Shown here piece by piece: positions 10,804 to 21,698 of a stretch of DNA of 64,000 nt. The notes under the pieces were generated by a model, which did not search any database, was not told where the DNA came from, and worked only from the letters and a program-made list of their open reading frames with translations. Numbering within the stretch: the first letter of the stretch is position 1; every line of letters begins with the position of its first letter. Source of the stretch: Rebecca billardiae RCC1528 (lineage: Eukaryota; Protista; Haptophyta); assembly GCA_965240325.2 (NCBI GenBank), contig OZ251237.1, forward strand, positions 1,302,001 to 1,366,000. Reading direction: 5' to 3'. The translations under genes were made by a program, and so were the position numbers.

Positions 10804-13155
10804 TCATCTGTCATCTGGCGGCAGCGATGCATCGTCAGACTCCAAGTCGGAGTCTGACGACTTGCCAGAGGCTGTCGTGCCTGCGACGCCATCCTCATCA
10901 GCCGCCGTGCCGGAGTCGAGGTCCGCTCGCTCTCCGCGTGGGCCAGCGACGCCTTTGCCGCCATCCAAGACGTCACCTGCCACGTCCGGAAGCTGCTCGG
11001 CCTCGACACCGACGACCGCCTCTGCCGCCGTCTCCAAGGCCCGCGCCGGCTCGCTCGCCGCCTCCGCGCGCTCGGCTGGCATTGCTGCTGCCTCATCAGC
11101 GTCACCGGATACCTCCGCCTTCGCCTCTGCAGGCACATTGGCTGCGAGGCCGATATCCGCCTCAGCCTCGGACGCAGAGGTGTCCACGACCTCCACCGTC
11201 ACCGAGTCGGCGGCCCCGCTGCCTTCAGAGGCCGCTGGCTCGCCACCAGGGGCGCTTGCGGACGGGTTGGGCAGCTCGACCAGCTCGGCGGCAGCCTCCA
11301 TCGCAAAGACGCCCTGCTCCAGGGCTGAGACCAGCTCACTCGCAGCCGAACTGATCGCGGGCGGGGCCGTGGCGGGCGCACTTTCGGAGCTGCCGACGTC
11401 CGCAGGCGCGTTGTCGTCCTCATCCGCCACCCGGGCCCCGGCGCGCTCCGCGTCGTCCTGCGCCTCGGCCCGTGGGGTTGTCGCCGGCCCGCCCTCGGCC
11501 GACGAGCCCGCGTCTGCCACCGCCGCCCCGGCCTCGTCATCGGCTGTCGCTGGGTCCTTCGCATCCGTGGCATCCGCCTCCGCCGCCTCCTCCTCCTCCT
11601 CCTCGTCTTCGTCATCCTCAGCATCCTCCTCCTCCTCGTCTTCCTCCTCTTCCGCATCCTCCTCGTCCTCCTCCGCTCCGCTCGGTGTGCTCTCGGCACC
11701 CACCGTCTCGTCGCCGTCCACCACCCACCGTGTCACCGACTCCGAACGGTCCCGCTCCGCCTCCGCCCAGGCTGAGCTCTCAGCGCCGCCACTCCGCGCA
11801 GGCTGGTCCCCCTGCTCCGATGACCGCTGGGCTGCGCTCTGCGGGGCTGGCCCTTCGCCGTCTCCGACCGGCGCCGTGACCTCCTCTGCCTCCGCCTCTG
11901 CCGCCACGTCCTCCGCCACAGCCACCTCCCTCTCCGAGGCCTTAGCTCCGCGCGGCTCGTCGTCAGCGCCCTCCTCCGCGCCCTCCTCCGCTGCTGGCGC
12001 TGCCTCCTCTGGCGCCGACGCCGCCTCCGCGCCCGGCGGCTGAATGCCCTGCGAAACGGCCACCTCGGCTGCGGCAGCGGTGGTCGCGGCCAGCTTCTCG
12101 CCGTCGAAGGCGGCGGGCGCGTCCTTGAACGCCGCCTCCAGCGCCTCTCGCTCGCTCTCGGCTGCCGACGTGGAGGGGAGTGCGACAGCGGCCGCAGCGG
12201 CCACCAGCACGGCCGTGCCCACCAGGCCTGACACGGGCAGGCCTCCTTCGCCGCTCTGCGTCTTCTCCTTGCCGGCGTACTCAGCGCCCGCGACGCTCTC
12301 CAGCGTCTCCTTCGTCTTACCCAGCTGCGTGGCGAGGAGCGCGGAGCGCGCCTTCTCCGCGGCGAGCAGCCCGCCAAGCGGCACGGCGGTGCCGACCGCG
12401 CCGAGGGCGAGGCCGCACGCGCCTGCGAGCGCAGCCGCTGGCAGCACGAGCCGACGGCGCGTGCTCTTGGGCAGGTACTCACCCTTGTACGCGGCGGTGA
12501 GCTCCTCGTCGTACTCGGCAAGCTGCTCCTGCGTGCGCACGAGGGAGGTCGTGCTGACGGCCGCGACCGCGGTGGCGATGACGAAACCGACGGCTGGGAG
12601 GTCTGGAGAGGAGCGCGCCGCCGGAGGCGGCGGCGCGCGGGGCGGCCTGCGGTACTGGCCGCCGCTCAAGCTCGGCGAGGAGCCGGCGAGCTTCTCTAGG
12701 GTAGGCGGGGTGCCACTCGGGTAGAAGGGCGCGTTCACGTCGAGGAAGCCGACGCGTAGCAGCAACGGAGAGGCCAGTGCGGCGCTTGCCACGAGGAGGA
12801 GCGCGGCGCGTCGAGCGAGCTGGCCGACGCGCTCGGCGGTCTCGCGATTCATCCCGGCGTCCGGGGCGTCCTCGAGGGGAAGCGGGTCATTGGTGTTGCC
12901 CACAGCCGTCGTGAGCGCGCGGATCGCGTCGACGACGCCGAGGCCGCCGGTGACGCCAGCGCACACCGGCGCGACCGCGAAGAAGACATCGCTCGCGCTC
13001 GACGGGAGCCCGACCATGGCGGTCGGCGCCCGGAGCCGCCGCGCTCTGGCCCTGGCGACGAGTGGTGGTGCGCGCGTCGGCGCGAGAGGCGCCGCCGCCG
13101 AGCCCCCGAAGCAAAACGCCAGCACGAGGGCCCACATCGCGCGTGCGACGCTCAT
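10804..13155 (-). CDS. Hypothetical membrane protein with signal plus transit-like N-terminus and long acidic Ala/Glu/Asp-rich tail
   Basis: Long ORF with host-like codon usage, MWALVLAFCFGG signal, several hydrophobic segments, E/D runs. Confidence 0.6.
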   Translation of the reverse strand: MSVARAMWALVLAFCFGGSAAAPLAPTRAPPLVARARARRLRAPTAMVGLPSSASDVFFAVAPVCAGVTGGLGVVDAIRALTTAVGNTNDPLPLEDAPDAGMNRETAERVGQLARRAALLLVASAALASPLLLRVGFLDVNAPFYPSGTPPTLEKLAGSSPSLSGGQYRRPPRAPPPPAARSSPDLPAVGFVIATAVAAVSTTSLVRTQEQLAEYDEELTAAYKGEYLPKSTRRRLVLPAAALAGACGLALGAVGTAVPLGGLLAAEKARSALLATQLGKTKETLESVAGAEYAGKEKTQSGEGGLPVSGLVGTAVLVAAAAAVALPSTSAAESEREALEAAFKDAPAAFDGEKLAATTAAAAEVAVSQGIQPPGAEAASAPEEAAPAAEEGAEEGADDEPRGAKASEREVAVAEDVAAEAEAEEVTAPVGDGEGPAPQSAAQRSSEQGDQPARSGGAESSAWAEAERDRSESVTRWVVDGDETVGAESTPSGAEEDEEDAEEEEDEEEEDAEDDEDEEEEEEAAEADATDAKDPATADDEAGAAVADAGSSAEGGPATTPRAEAQDDAERAGARVADEDDNAPADVGSSESAPATAPPAISSAASELVSALEQGVFAMEAAAELVELPNPSASAPGGEPAASEGSGAADSVTVEVVDTSASEAEADIGLAANVPAEAKAEVSGDADEAAAMPAERAEAASEPARALETAAEAVVGVEAEQLPDVAGDVLDGGKGVAGPRGERADLDSGTAADEDGVAGTTASGKSSDSDLESDDASLPPDDR

Positions 13156-13348
13156 AATGGCGCTGAGCAAGCGGTGCCGCGACGTGCACGCGCGTGATCG
13201 CACGCCGAGCTACCGTTCGCCAGGACGCAAATTGAAGTTTGTTCACCCAGCAGTCCGGACGGCTGCGCAGCTCGGCAGGATTCACGGCCGACAACATTCC
13301 GCCCACCTGGCCGGCTCCACGGCGACCGCCACCGAGTTCATTACGGCG

Positions 13349-14881
13349 ATGCCCGCCAAGCCGTATGAGGAGGTGGTGAGGTACATCTTCGGCAATGCCA
13401 ACTACTCGGGCAACCCGCTGCCGCAGCAACAGCGCTGGGAGCGCTTCGAGCGCGTGCTCAGCCGAATCGGCGAGCCGCACCGCCGGCTGCGCGTCGTGCA
13501 CATCGCCGGCACAAACGGCAAGGGCACGACGAGCGCGCTGTGCGACGCGATGCTGCGCGCGAGCGGCGCGAGCGTCGGCCTGTTCACCTCGCCGCACCTG
13601 CACTCGTGGCGCGAGCGCATCCGCGTCGACGGCATGCTCGTCGGCCGCGCCGCCGTGACCGAGGCCTTTGACGCCATCCAGCCCACCCTCGACGCGGAGG
13701 AGGAGCTGACGCCGTTCGAGAAGCTGACGGCGCTCGCGCTCACGTGCTTCGTGCGCGCGGGCGTGGACTGGGCGGTGCTCGAGACGGGGCTCGGCGGGTT
13801 GTGGGACTGCACCAACCACGTGCTCGCGCCCGAGGTCGTTGGCCTCGCGCGCATCGGCATGGACCACGTGAACGTGCTCGGAAACAGCGTGCGCGAGATT
13901 GCATCTCACAAGGCGGGCATCATGAAGCGTGGCTCCCCCGCCTTCTCCGTGCCGCAGCCCGCGGAGGCGCACGAGGTGCTGGTTGCGACTGCCGCGGAGC
14001 GCGAGGCGCCCCTCGCCTTCGTCGACGCCGAGCACAGCCCACTCGTCGCGCGCGCCGCGCAGCTCACCGCCGGCGCGGCCGCGGGCGAGGCCGCCGCTCC
14101 GGGCCGCGCGCTGCCGCTGTGGCTGCGGCCGACGCACCAGCAGCACAACCTGGCGCTGGCGGCGGCGATGATGGAGTCGCTGCTCAAGCGAGGCGCGCTG
14201 GGATCCGCCGGCGCCGCCGCCGACCCGGCCGCCGAGCTGGACAAGCTGCTGCAGCAAGCCGTGCGCGCGCGCTGGCCGGGCCGCGCTGAGACGTTTGTGA
14301 TCCCGGCGCCGGCCGGCGCGGCGGCGGGCGCCGAGGGCGGCGGGCGCGCGACGCTGGTGCTCGACGTTGCGCACAATGAGGACGCGGTGCGCGCCCTGCT
14401 GGCCAACCTGGGCAGCCTCGCGCCCGCCGGGCCGGCCGGTGCCGCGCCGCCATGCGTTTTCGAGATCGTGTTTGGGGCGAACAAGGACAAGGACGCAACG
14501 ACAATGCTCGGGCTGATCGGCGCGGCGTGCGCGCCGCCGCCCGGCTCGGCGGCGGCGCCTCGCGTGCGCGCCGTGCACCTCGTCAAGTCCTCGCACCCAA
14601 AGTGCTTCGCGCCCGCCGACCTCGCGCGCATCGCCGCCGAGGCCGCGCCGAGCGCGCCGTGGCACACGGAGCACGGCACGCTCACGAGCGCGCTCGACGC
14701 GGCGATCGGCGCGGGCGCGTCCGGCGCTGCCGCGCCTGGCGCCGAGGCCGTGATCACGCTGGCGTTCGGCAGCGTCTTCATCGTCGCGGACGCGCGCTCG
14801 CACCTCGCGGCGGTCCGGCCTGGTGTCTTCGCCGCGGACGACTGGGCGTTCGAGCAGGCGAGCGAGCCGCCGCTCGTGTGA
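13349..14881 (+). CDS. folC: Folylpolyglutamate synthase / dihydrofolate synthase
   Basis: VHIAGTNGKGTT P-loop, GLFTSPHL..RERI, VLETGLGG.WDCTN, HKAGIMK, WPGR, LDVAHN, FGS. Confidence 0.93.
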   Translation: MPAKPYEEVVRYIFGNANYSGNPLPQQQRWERFERVLSRIGEPHRRLRVVHIAGTNGKGTTSALCDAMLRASGASVGLFTSPHLHSWRERIRVDGMLVGRAAVTEAFDAIQPTLDAEEELTPFEKLTALALTCFVRAGVDWAVLETGLGGLWDCTNHVLAPEVVGLARIGMDHVNVLGNSVREIASHKAGIMKRGSPAFSVPQPAEAHEVLVATAAEREAPLAFVDAEHSPLVARAAQLTAGAAAGEAAAPGRALPLWLRPTHQQHNLALAAAMMESLLKRGALGSAGAAADPAAELDKLLQQAVRARWPGRAETFVIPAPAGAAAGAEGGGRATLVLDVAHNEDAVRALLANLGSLAPAGPAGAAPPCVFEIVFGANKDKDATTMLGLIGAACAPPPGSAAAPRVRAVHLVKSSHPKCFAPADLARIAAEAAPSAPWHTEHGTLTSALDAAIGAGASGAAAPGAEAVITLAFGSVFIVADARSHLAAVRPGVFAADDWAFEQASEPPLV

Positions 14882-15854
14882 TGAGATGCGGAGGACCTCG
14901 CCAGAGGCATCACCGTCTGACTGGCGTCTGAGCCGGAGCATGCCGCGAATGCGGAATGGCGTCACGGTGACGGCAAAGGTGGTGACGGTACCCACGTACC
15001 GCCGAATCCGCCAGCGTATGGGGGTACGCTGCTGATTTGACATCGAAGTGATCCGGCGGAGTAGAGTAATCCCGGACTTTCCAAGCCGCAGGCGAAGCCT
15101 ATGATGGCGCACGGCCCCCCCGAAAGGTCTGAGCGTGAGCGAAAGCCGGGGGGGGCGGCGCACGTGCTCCGCAAAATCAAAAAGAGGATGCGCGCGCAGG
15201 ATTTTGGGTTTTTTTGTAGGTCGACTTAGGTGTGACAAGCGCATATGAGTGGATTTCGCTGCCAATGATTGCGTTTGTACTGCCCCTTAATTTTACGATA
15301 GTAAGTAATAGAAGAAATCGAAATCGAATATAGGACAAAGACATCTCTAGCTACCTTTCTGATAGTCAAGATTCGCCTGTTGACTACAGATTGCAAACAA
15401 GGTCTGAGATATCGAACATTCTTTTGATAGTCGTTCACTCCTCATATTCATCAAGCGACGCGAGATGTTATTATTGGCGAATATTGCGCGGGTAGTCCGA
15501 ACCGACGTTCCCGCGCGCTCTCATATCATACGGCTATCGAGCTACTGACTTGCTGATATATATACTCTTGGTCATCTACTGATACGACGTCAATATGCGG
15601 GTGGTCAAACCCCATAGGCGGGTGCTGGTATCTTTGATTCCGTTCTTTGAAGATCGAGCTACGCGCGCCCGCGCTCTGCGCTCGAAGACTGCCACTGTGC
15701 GGGTCAGCGGGTGGGCTCTCTTCAGCGAGCTCCGTTGGCGTGGAGTCAGCGATCAAGCTGAGGTTGCAGCGTGGCAACATCGTGCAGGGTGGGCGGGTAC
15801 CGACGCCGCGCTTCGCACGCCGTCTGCGACGGCATCAAACGCCGCGACCACCGC

Positions 15855-16320
15855 GGCGCCCGGCCAGCGCGGCAGCATCGGGCCTGCTGACTGACGGCGG
15901 GCGTGACGGTCGGGCGGGCGCTACTGCGGCATCCGGGCGCGGCGGCGAGTGCAGCAGCGGTGGCGGGCGCGGCGGCTGGCAGAGCGCATCTCGCGACGAG
16001 GAGTTACTCGGCGCGCACGTCACGCCGCGCGCGGTATCGATTCGTCGCCCGGCGAGCGCGGCAGCACCGGGCCTGCTGAATGCGGGCGTGACAGCGGCCG
16101 GGCGGGCGCCGCAGCGGTCGGGCGCTGCGCCTGCGCTGGCGCGGCACTGTGGCGGGCGGCGCGGTGGCAGACGCAGCGGCGGACGCCGCGGCGGCGGGTG
16201 CGACTGCGGGCGAAGCGCATCTCGCGACGAGGAGTTACTCGCCGCGCACGTCACGCTGCGCGCATCTTCGCCAGTGGTCGCTCCGCAGCGAGTGCGGGCA
16301 GCACCGGGCCGCGACAAGAA
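15855..16320. repeat. Imperfect tandem duplication (~200-230 bp unit)
   Basis: AGCGCATCTCGCGACGAGGAGTTACTCG at 15983 and 16214. GCGCGGCAGCA(T/C)CGGGCCTGCTGA occurs twice. Confidence 0.6.
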
Positions 16321-16968
16321 GACGTTCGGTGCGAACTTCATGCCGCGCACATCATCGAGCGGGGGCTGCGGTGCTGCTTCGGCGAGCGCGTCAGCTGCAC
16401 CTCCGGCCGAGCGACTAGTCGACGCAAACGACGACGCGCGACGCATCGAGCTGTTCCGAGCAGTGCCACTTGGCGCTAGTGGCAGCGGCGGGCTGTACAC
16501 GCTGACGACGTAGCGAGGAGTGAGGTGGTGGTCCACGCCACCGTCGTACCGCGTCGCCTCGCGCACCCCGAGCGCGCGCGACGAGCTGTACGGGCTCGGA
16601 AGCTGACAGCATCCCCGCGCCCGGCGCCGCCGACCGCCGGACCCGCGCAGGCCCGGGGCCCTCTCGGAGCCAGCTGACTGATTTTCGTCCGCGCGCTTTG
16701 CTGACTGGTAGCATCGTGCCGTGTGATTGGCGGTGAAGCCAACGCGACAGCAACTACCAGCCAGAGCCTACCAGGGCCGTGCGCCCTCAACTTCGTTGTT
16801 TACTACCCGAAGATCGGCGTAGCCGATCATAGTATATAGTATAGCGCCAGCGGCGGCGTGCTGACGTCAGACGTGCTCGAGCCTGAGCCCCAGCTCTCAC
16901 CGGCGCTTGTTACAAGTGTCGTAACGCAGCATGCTCGGCCCGGGGTGCTCGGTGGCATCTGCTGAGCT

Positions 16969-18309
16969 CTAGACTGTGCCGCTGCTTCTTTTCCGCGTCG
17001 CACGACTTCTGCAGCAGGCCTCGGCGGATTTCCGCTTCGTCGTCAAGGCAACCATGCCGGGCAGCTTGTGCGCAGCGCACTGACTCGGGCGTGCGTCACC
17101 CGGCATGCCGAATGCAGGCCGCTTCACACAGCCGGCCTCGTCGCACGTGCTGTGCTTCAAGTTGATCATGCCGGGCAGCTTGTGCTCGGCGCATCGGTGG
17201 CGGCGTGCGTCACCCGGCATGCCCAATGACGGCACCTTCACACAGCCGGCCTCGTCGCACGTGCTGTGCTTTAAGTTGATCATGCCGGGCAGCTTGTGCG
17301 CAGCGCACCGGCAGAGGCGTGCGTCACCCGGCATGCCGAATGCAGGCCGCTTCACGCAGCCAGCCTCCTCACACGTGCGGTTGATCACGTCGACCATGCC
17401 GGGCAGCTTGTGCGCAGCGCACCGACTCGGGCGTGCGTCACCCGGCATGCCAAAGGAGGGCCGTTTCTCGCAGTCGGCCTCGTCGCACGTCCTGCTGTTC
17501 ACGTTGATCATGCCGGGCAGCTTGTGCGCAGCGCACCGACTCGGGCGTGCGTCACCCGGCATGCCGAATGACGGCACCTTCACACAGCCGGCCTCGTCGC
17601 ACGTGCGGTGCTTCACGTTGACCATGCCGGGCAGCTTGTGCTCGGCGCACCGGCAGGGGCGTGCGTCACCCGGCATGCCGAATGACGGCACCTTCACACA
17701 GCCGGCCTCGTCGCACGTGCGGTGCTTCACGTTGACCATGCCGGGCAGCTTGTGCTCGGCGCACCGGCAGGGGCGTGCGTCACCCGGCATGCCGAATGCA
17801 GGCTGCTTCACACAGCCGGCCTCGTCGCACGTGCGGTGCTTCACGTGGACCATGCCAGGCAGCTTGTGCTCGGCGCATCGGTGGGGGCGTGCGTCACCCG
17901 GCATGCCGAATGACGGCACCTTCACACAGCCGGCCTCGTCGCACGTGTAGCTCACCACGTTGACCATGCCAGGCAGCTTGTGCGTAGCGCACCAGCAGGG
18001 GCGTGCGTCACCCGGCAGGCCAAATGACGGCACCTTCACACAGCCGGCCTCGTCGCACGTCCTGCTGTTCACGTTGATCATGCCGGGCAGCTTGTGCGCA
18101 GCGCATCGACTCGAGCGTGCATCACCCGGCATGCCAACTGTCGCTCGCCTCTCGCAGTCCGCATCAACACAGGTGCTTATGAACATGTTGACCATGCCAG
18201 GCAGCCTGTGAGCAGCGCACCGACTCGGGCGTGCGTCACCCGGCATGCCAAAGGAGGGCCGCTTCTCGCAGTGGGCCTCATGACAAGCGCGGCTCCCTAC
18301 GTCAGCCAT
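16969..18309 (-). CDS. EsV-1-7-like Cys/His repeat protein, 11 tandem 38-aa (114-bp) repeats
   Basis: Consensus CDEAGCVKxPSFGMPGDARPxRCAxHKLPGMxNVxxRT, matching the Cx4Cx16Cx2H pattern of EsV-1-7 repeats. Basic C-terminal tail, no introns. Confidence 0.85.
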   Translation of the reverse strand: MADVGSRACHEAHCEKRPSFGMPGDARPSRCAAHRLPGMVNMFISTCVDADCERRATVGMPGDARSSRCAAHKLPGMINVNSRTCDEAGCVKVPSFGLPGDARPCWCATHKLPGMVNVVSYTCDEAGCVKVPSFGMPGDARPHRCAEHKLPGMVHVKHRTCDEAGCVKQPAFGMPGDARPCRCAEHKLPGMVNVKHRTCDEAGCVKVPSFGMPGDARPCRCAEHKLPGMVNVKHRTCDEAGCVKVPSFGMPGDARPSRCAAHKLPGMINVNSRTCDEADCEKRPSFGMPGDARPSRCAAHKLPGMVDVINRTCEEAGCVKRPAFGMPGDARLCRCAAHKLPGMINLKHSTCDEAGCVKVPSLGMPGDARRHRCAEHKLPGMINLKHSTCDEAGCVKRPAFGMPGDARPSQCAAHKLPGMVALTTKRKSAEACCRSRATRKRSSGTV

Positions 18310-18591
18310 GACGTGTAATGTGTGTCTCACCCGGTGCTCGGGCAACACGTCGAGCTCAAAGAGCAGTCGTAGCCGCGAGGTGCGCCGCCGCGGGTGGATC
18401 TACGTTGGGCGGAGTTGATGAGCGACGGCCGCGCTGATGGTCAGCAGTGACGGCCTGTCCGGCCGCCCCGGCCGGTTGCATCCGGACCTGTCGTAACCGC
18501 GAGCCGAAACTTGCTGTGTCATCAACAACGCTCCGTGCGCGGACGTCGGCGCCTCCAGCACGCCCCGGCCCGCAAGGGTGGTCCTCCCCGC

Positions 18592-19971
18592 ATGCTTCCG
18601 ATCCACCAGCAGCCGCTACGTGCGCCCGGCGCCGAGGACTCTGCCCCGGCGCCGGCACGTGCGTCTGGGCGGGGTTCTTACGCGCGGTCCGTCGTGGTGG
18701 TCGTCATGTCGGCGCTCGCGATGGTGGCGTGCGCGCTCCTCGGCTGGGCCGCGCATGATTCGGGTGCGCGCGGTGAGGCGAAACTTGCTATCTTCTCGGC
18801 CTTCTCGCCTCGTGAGAAGGCCGCGCCCGCATCGGCGGGCCCGCTGGACTCGCTGCGCGCCGTGGCGCCAAAGCGGCCGCTCGTTGGGACCGCGTACAAC
18901 GACGTCCGCCTCTGGAAGCTCGACGACCCCGCTGAGACCGCGCGGTACGAGTCGGTGCTGCTCGAGCACTTTGGCGTCATCACCGCGGAGAACGTGTGCA
19001 AGCCCTCCACGATCGCGCCAAACGCCAGCGGCCCGCTCGACTTTGCGCGGTGCGACCGCGTGCTCGAGCTTGCCGAGGCGCACGGCCTCAAGTTCCGCCT
19101 GCACGTCCTCGGCTGGGGCGAGTGGAATCCAAAGTGGATGACCGAGCTGCCTCCGGACGAGCGGCGCGGTGCGCTGCTCAAGTTCGCGAGCGCGGTGCTT
19201 GAGCGCTACGGCGAGCGCGCGGCGTACATCGACGTGATGAACGAGGCGGTGTGCGACAAGGTGCCTTTCGTCGCCGCGAAGCAGAACTGCGACAAGCCAG
19301 GTGTGCCCGCGCCGCTCAAGCCAGGCCAGTGGGTGCCCTCAGTGCCCGACTACATCGACGAGATGTTCGCGCTCGCGCGGAAGCTCGCGCCGAGCGCCAC
19401 GCTCGTTTACAACGACTACGGGTTCGAGTCGGACGAGGATCCGGCCGACTCGGACAAGTGGCAGCGCGTCTACGACGCCGTCTCCGCCGCGCGCGCGCGC
19501 GGCGTGCCCATCGACGCGGTGGGCTTGCAGTTGCACATCTCGTCGCTCCAGTCGGGCGAGGGCATCATCGGCATCCCGTACGCCGGGTGGATGGACGGGC
19601 TGCGCAGCAACATGCACAGGCTCGCGCAGCTCGGCGTGGAGCTGCACGTGACCGAGCTCGACGTCGGGTGCAACATGCCCACCGTGCCGTGCTCGCCCAT
19701 CGAGAGCGCGGCCTCGCGCGACGCGGTGCAGGCTCGCGTGTACGCGGAGGTGCTGCGCGCGTGCTTGCACGAGGAGGCATGCACCGTCTTCCAGACGTGG
19801 GGCTTCACCGACAAGTTCTCCTGGCGAGACGGCAGGTGGGGCAGCGCCTCTGAGGCCTCCTGGCTGATGGATCAGCACGCGCACATGTTCGACGAGCACT
19901 ACGAGCCGAAGCCGGCTGCGTTCGCGATCCGCGACGTGCTGCGCAACGCGACCACCTCTGCAGCGGCATAG
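18592..19971 (+). CDS. Glycoside hydrolase family 10 (endo-1,4-beta-xylanase-like) with N-terminal anchor
   Basis: ITAENVCKP, DVMNEA (acid/base), YNDYG, IDAVGLQLH, VTELDV (nucleophile), WGFTDKFSW. Confidence 0.9.
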   Translation: MLPIHQQPLRAPGAEDSAPAPARASGRGSYARSVVVVVMSALAMVACALLGWAAHDSGARGEAKLAIFSAFSPREKAAPASAGPLDSLRAVAPKRPLVGTAYNDVRLWKLDDPAETARYESVLLEHFGVITAENVCKPSTIAPNASGPLDFARCDRVLELAEAHGLKFRLHVLGWGEWNPKWMTELPPDERRGALLKFASAVLERYGERAAYIDVMNEAVCDKVPFVAAKQNCDKPGVPAPLKPGQWVPSVPDYIDEMFALARKLAPSATLVYNDYGFESDEDPADSDKWQRVYDAVSAARARGVPIDAVGLQLHISSLQSGEGIIGIPYAGWMDGLRSNMHRLAQLGVELHVTELDVGCNMPTVPCSPIESAASRDAVQARVYAEVLRACLHEEACTVFQTWGFTDKFSWRDGRWGSASEASWLMDQHAHMFDEHYEPKPAAFAIRDVLRNATTSAAA

Positions 19972-20374
19972 GTCTACCGAATCGGACCGGGCGCAAATTT
20001 ATTAATGCGCTCGCCGAGACCGACTGAGGCCGCCGAGTCACCAAATCACGACGCACTCGGATCACGAGTCGTCGGAGACGATGACGACGCTTCTCTGATG
20101 CGACCTGGCAAGGGACGTCTGCCTGCGCCCTCAATCTACTGCGCGGCGTCCTGTCCAGGACTAGGTCCGCCATCAACGATGAACCGGATTCCGGAACAGC
20201 GACAGAGTGTCATACTCATATCGTCAAGCCAATGCCGTTCCGAGGGTTGCTGCGCCGTGCCAGCCAGAGCTGAGAGCGCGGCGGCGCACGGCAGTGGTCG
20301 CGCATGGTGTCACCTGCTGAGTAGCCAGGCAGCAGCCCAGCAGGCTAGGCGCATCACGCGGACACACGCTGCCA

Positions 20375-21626
20375 TCAGCGCAGCGTCGGCCGTTCTGTGC
20401 TCGGCTTGTACCGCTTGGCTGTGCTGTCGTAGCTGCTGGCCGCCGGCTTGACGTACTTGAGCTTGTGGTACTCCCACTTGGTCTGCTTCGCGCTGTTGAC
20501 GTTGCGGTCCTGCGGGCGGCAGGAGGTCGCGGGCGGCGCGCCCGGCGCCGGGCGGTGAGTCCATGGGGGGCGCACGCTCGGCACACAGCGGCGGGGGGGG
20601 CACGTCCACGCGTGCGCCCATCCGGGCCCGCTCGGCGCGCACGCGCTCTGAGCGCGCACCGCCCACGTGCTCTTCTTGAGCTTGACTGGCCTGCTGCCCA
20701 CGTACTTGTTGTCCATCTCACGCATCGCCTTGGTCATGTCCCACGGCTCGCCGAAGGAGATGAAGCCGTAGCCCTTCGGCTTGTTCGTCCGCTTGTCGCG
20801 GATCACGCGCGCGCGCTGGAAGGACGGGTATTTCGAGAAGGCCGTGGACAGGAGCGCGTCGCTCGCGTCGTTGCCTGCGGGCAGGGCGCGGCGCAGCGCG
20901 GCGGAGGGAGTGGGCGCGCACGCCGGCGCGTCACGCGTGCGCGCCCGGCGTGCGCCCGACGCCGGCGTTCGGCGCGCGCGCGCGCTGTGCCCACGCGGGC
21001 TGCGCGCCCAGCCGAGCGCCCGTCCCTCGCCGCGCACACGCGCCGGCGCGTGAGCGCGCACCCAGGTTACCCACAAACAGTCTGAAGTCGTTGTCCGGCC
21101 AGTCTGCGAGCGTCGGGTCCTCCCACACCTCGCCGCCGGCGACCCGCTTGACGGCCGTCTTCCCGCCCTGCTGGTCCGCCGGCGCCGCCCCGCCGACCGG
21201 CCGCACAGCCTGTGCCGCCGACGCCATCGCGCGCGCGTGCTCAGCGTACACCTGAGCATTCGCCTGCTGCGTCTCCTGCCGGAGCGCCTCGTTGCGGTCC
21301 TCGGTGGGCCGCGGGGCGGGCGGCGGCGGGGCGGACTGCGGCGGCGGCGGCGGAGGTGCCACGCCTGGTTGCCACGCGCCCGGGCGCGCGGCACTTGCAG
21401 CGTACGGCGCGGGTGGCTGCTGATGCAGCTGGGGCGCGGCGGCGCGCGCCGCCGGCTCGGCGCTGGCGCTGGCGCGCTGCGGGGCGGCGGAGATGGTCTT
21501 GGAGATGACCTTTGGGGCCTTTGGCGCGGCCTCTGCGCTGTTCACCTGCCCATCCTCCCCGCCGCCGCCGGAGCCGCCCGCCAGGCCCTCGAGCTCCTGC
21601 GTGAACCTCGCGAGCTCGTCATCCAT
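20375..21626 (-). CDS. RBM42: RNA-binding protein 42 (RRM); introns 20875-21061 and 20510-20659
   Basis: Spliced AGGEVWEDPTLADWPDNDFRLFVGNLG|NDASD..RVIRDKRTNKPKGYGFISF..AMREMDNKYVGSRPVKLKKSTW. Confidence 0.88.
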
Positions 21627-21698
21627 CGTTGAAGTGACAAGACGGCGTCCAGACTGCACCGCCGCGCTCACCACTGCTGGTCCGGCAGCAGCGGAATC

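Noticed and set aside
17050-18290. 114-bp tandem repeats as a possible CRISPR array
   Set aside because: In-frame coding repeats with no unique spacers and no cas genes, in a eukaryotic context.
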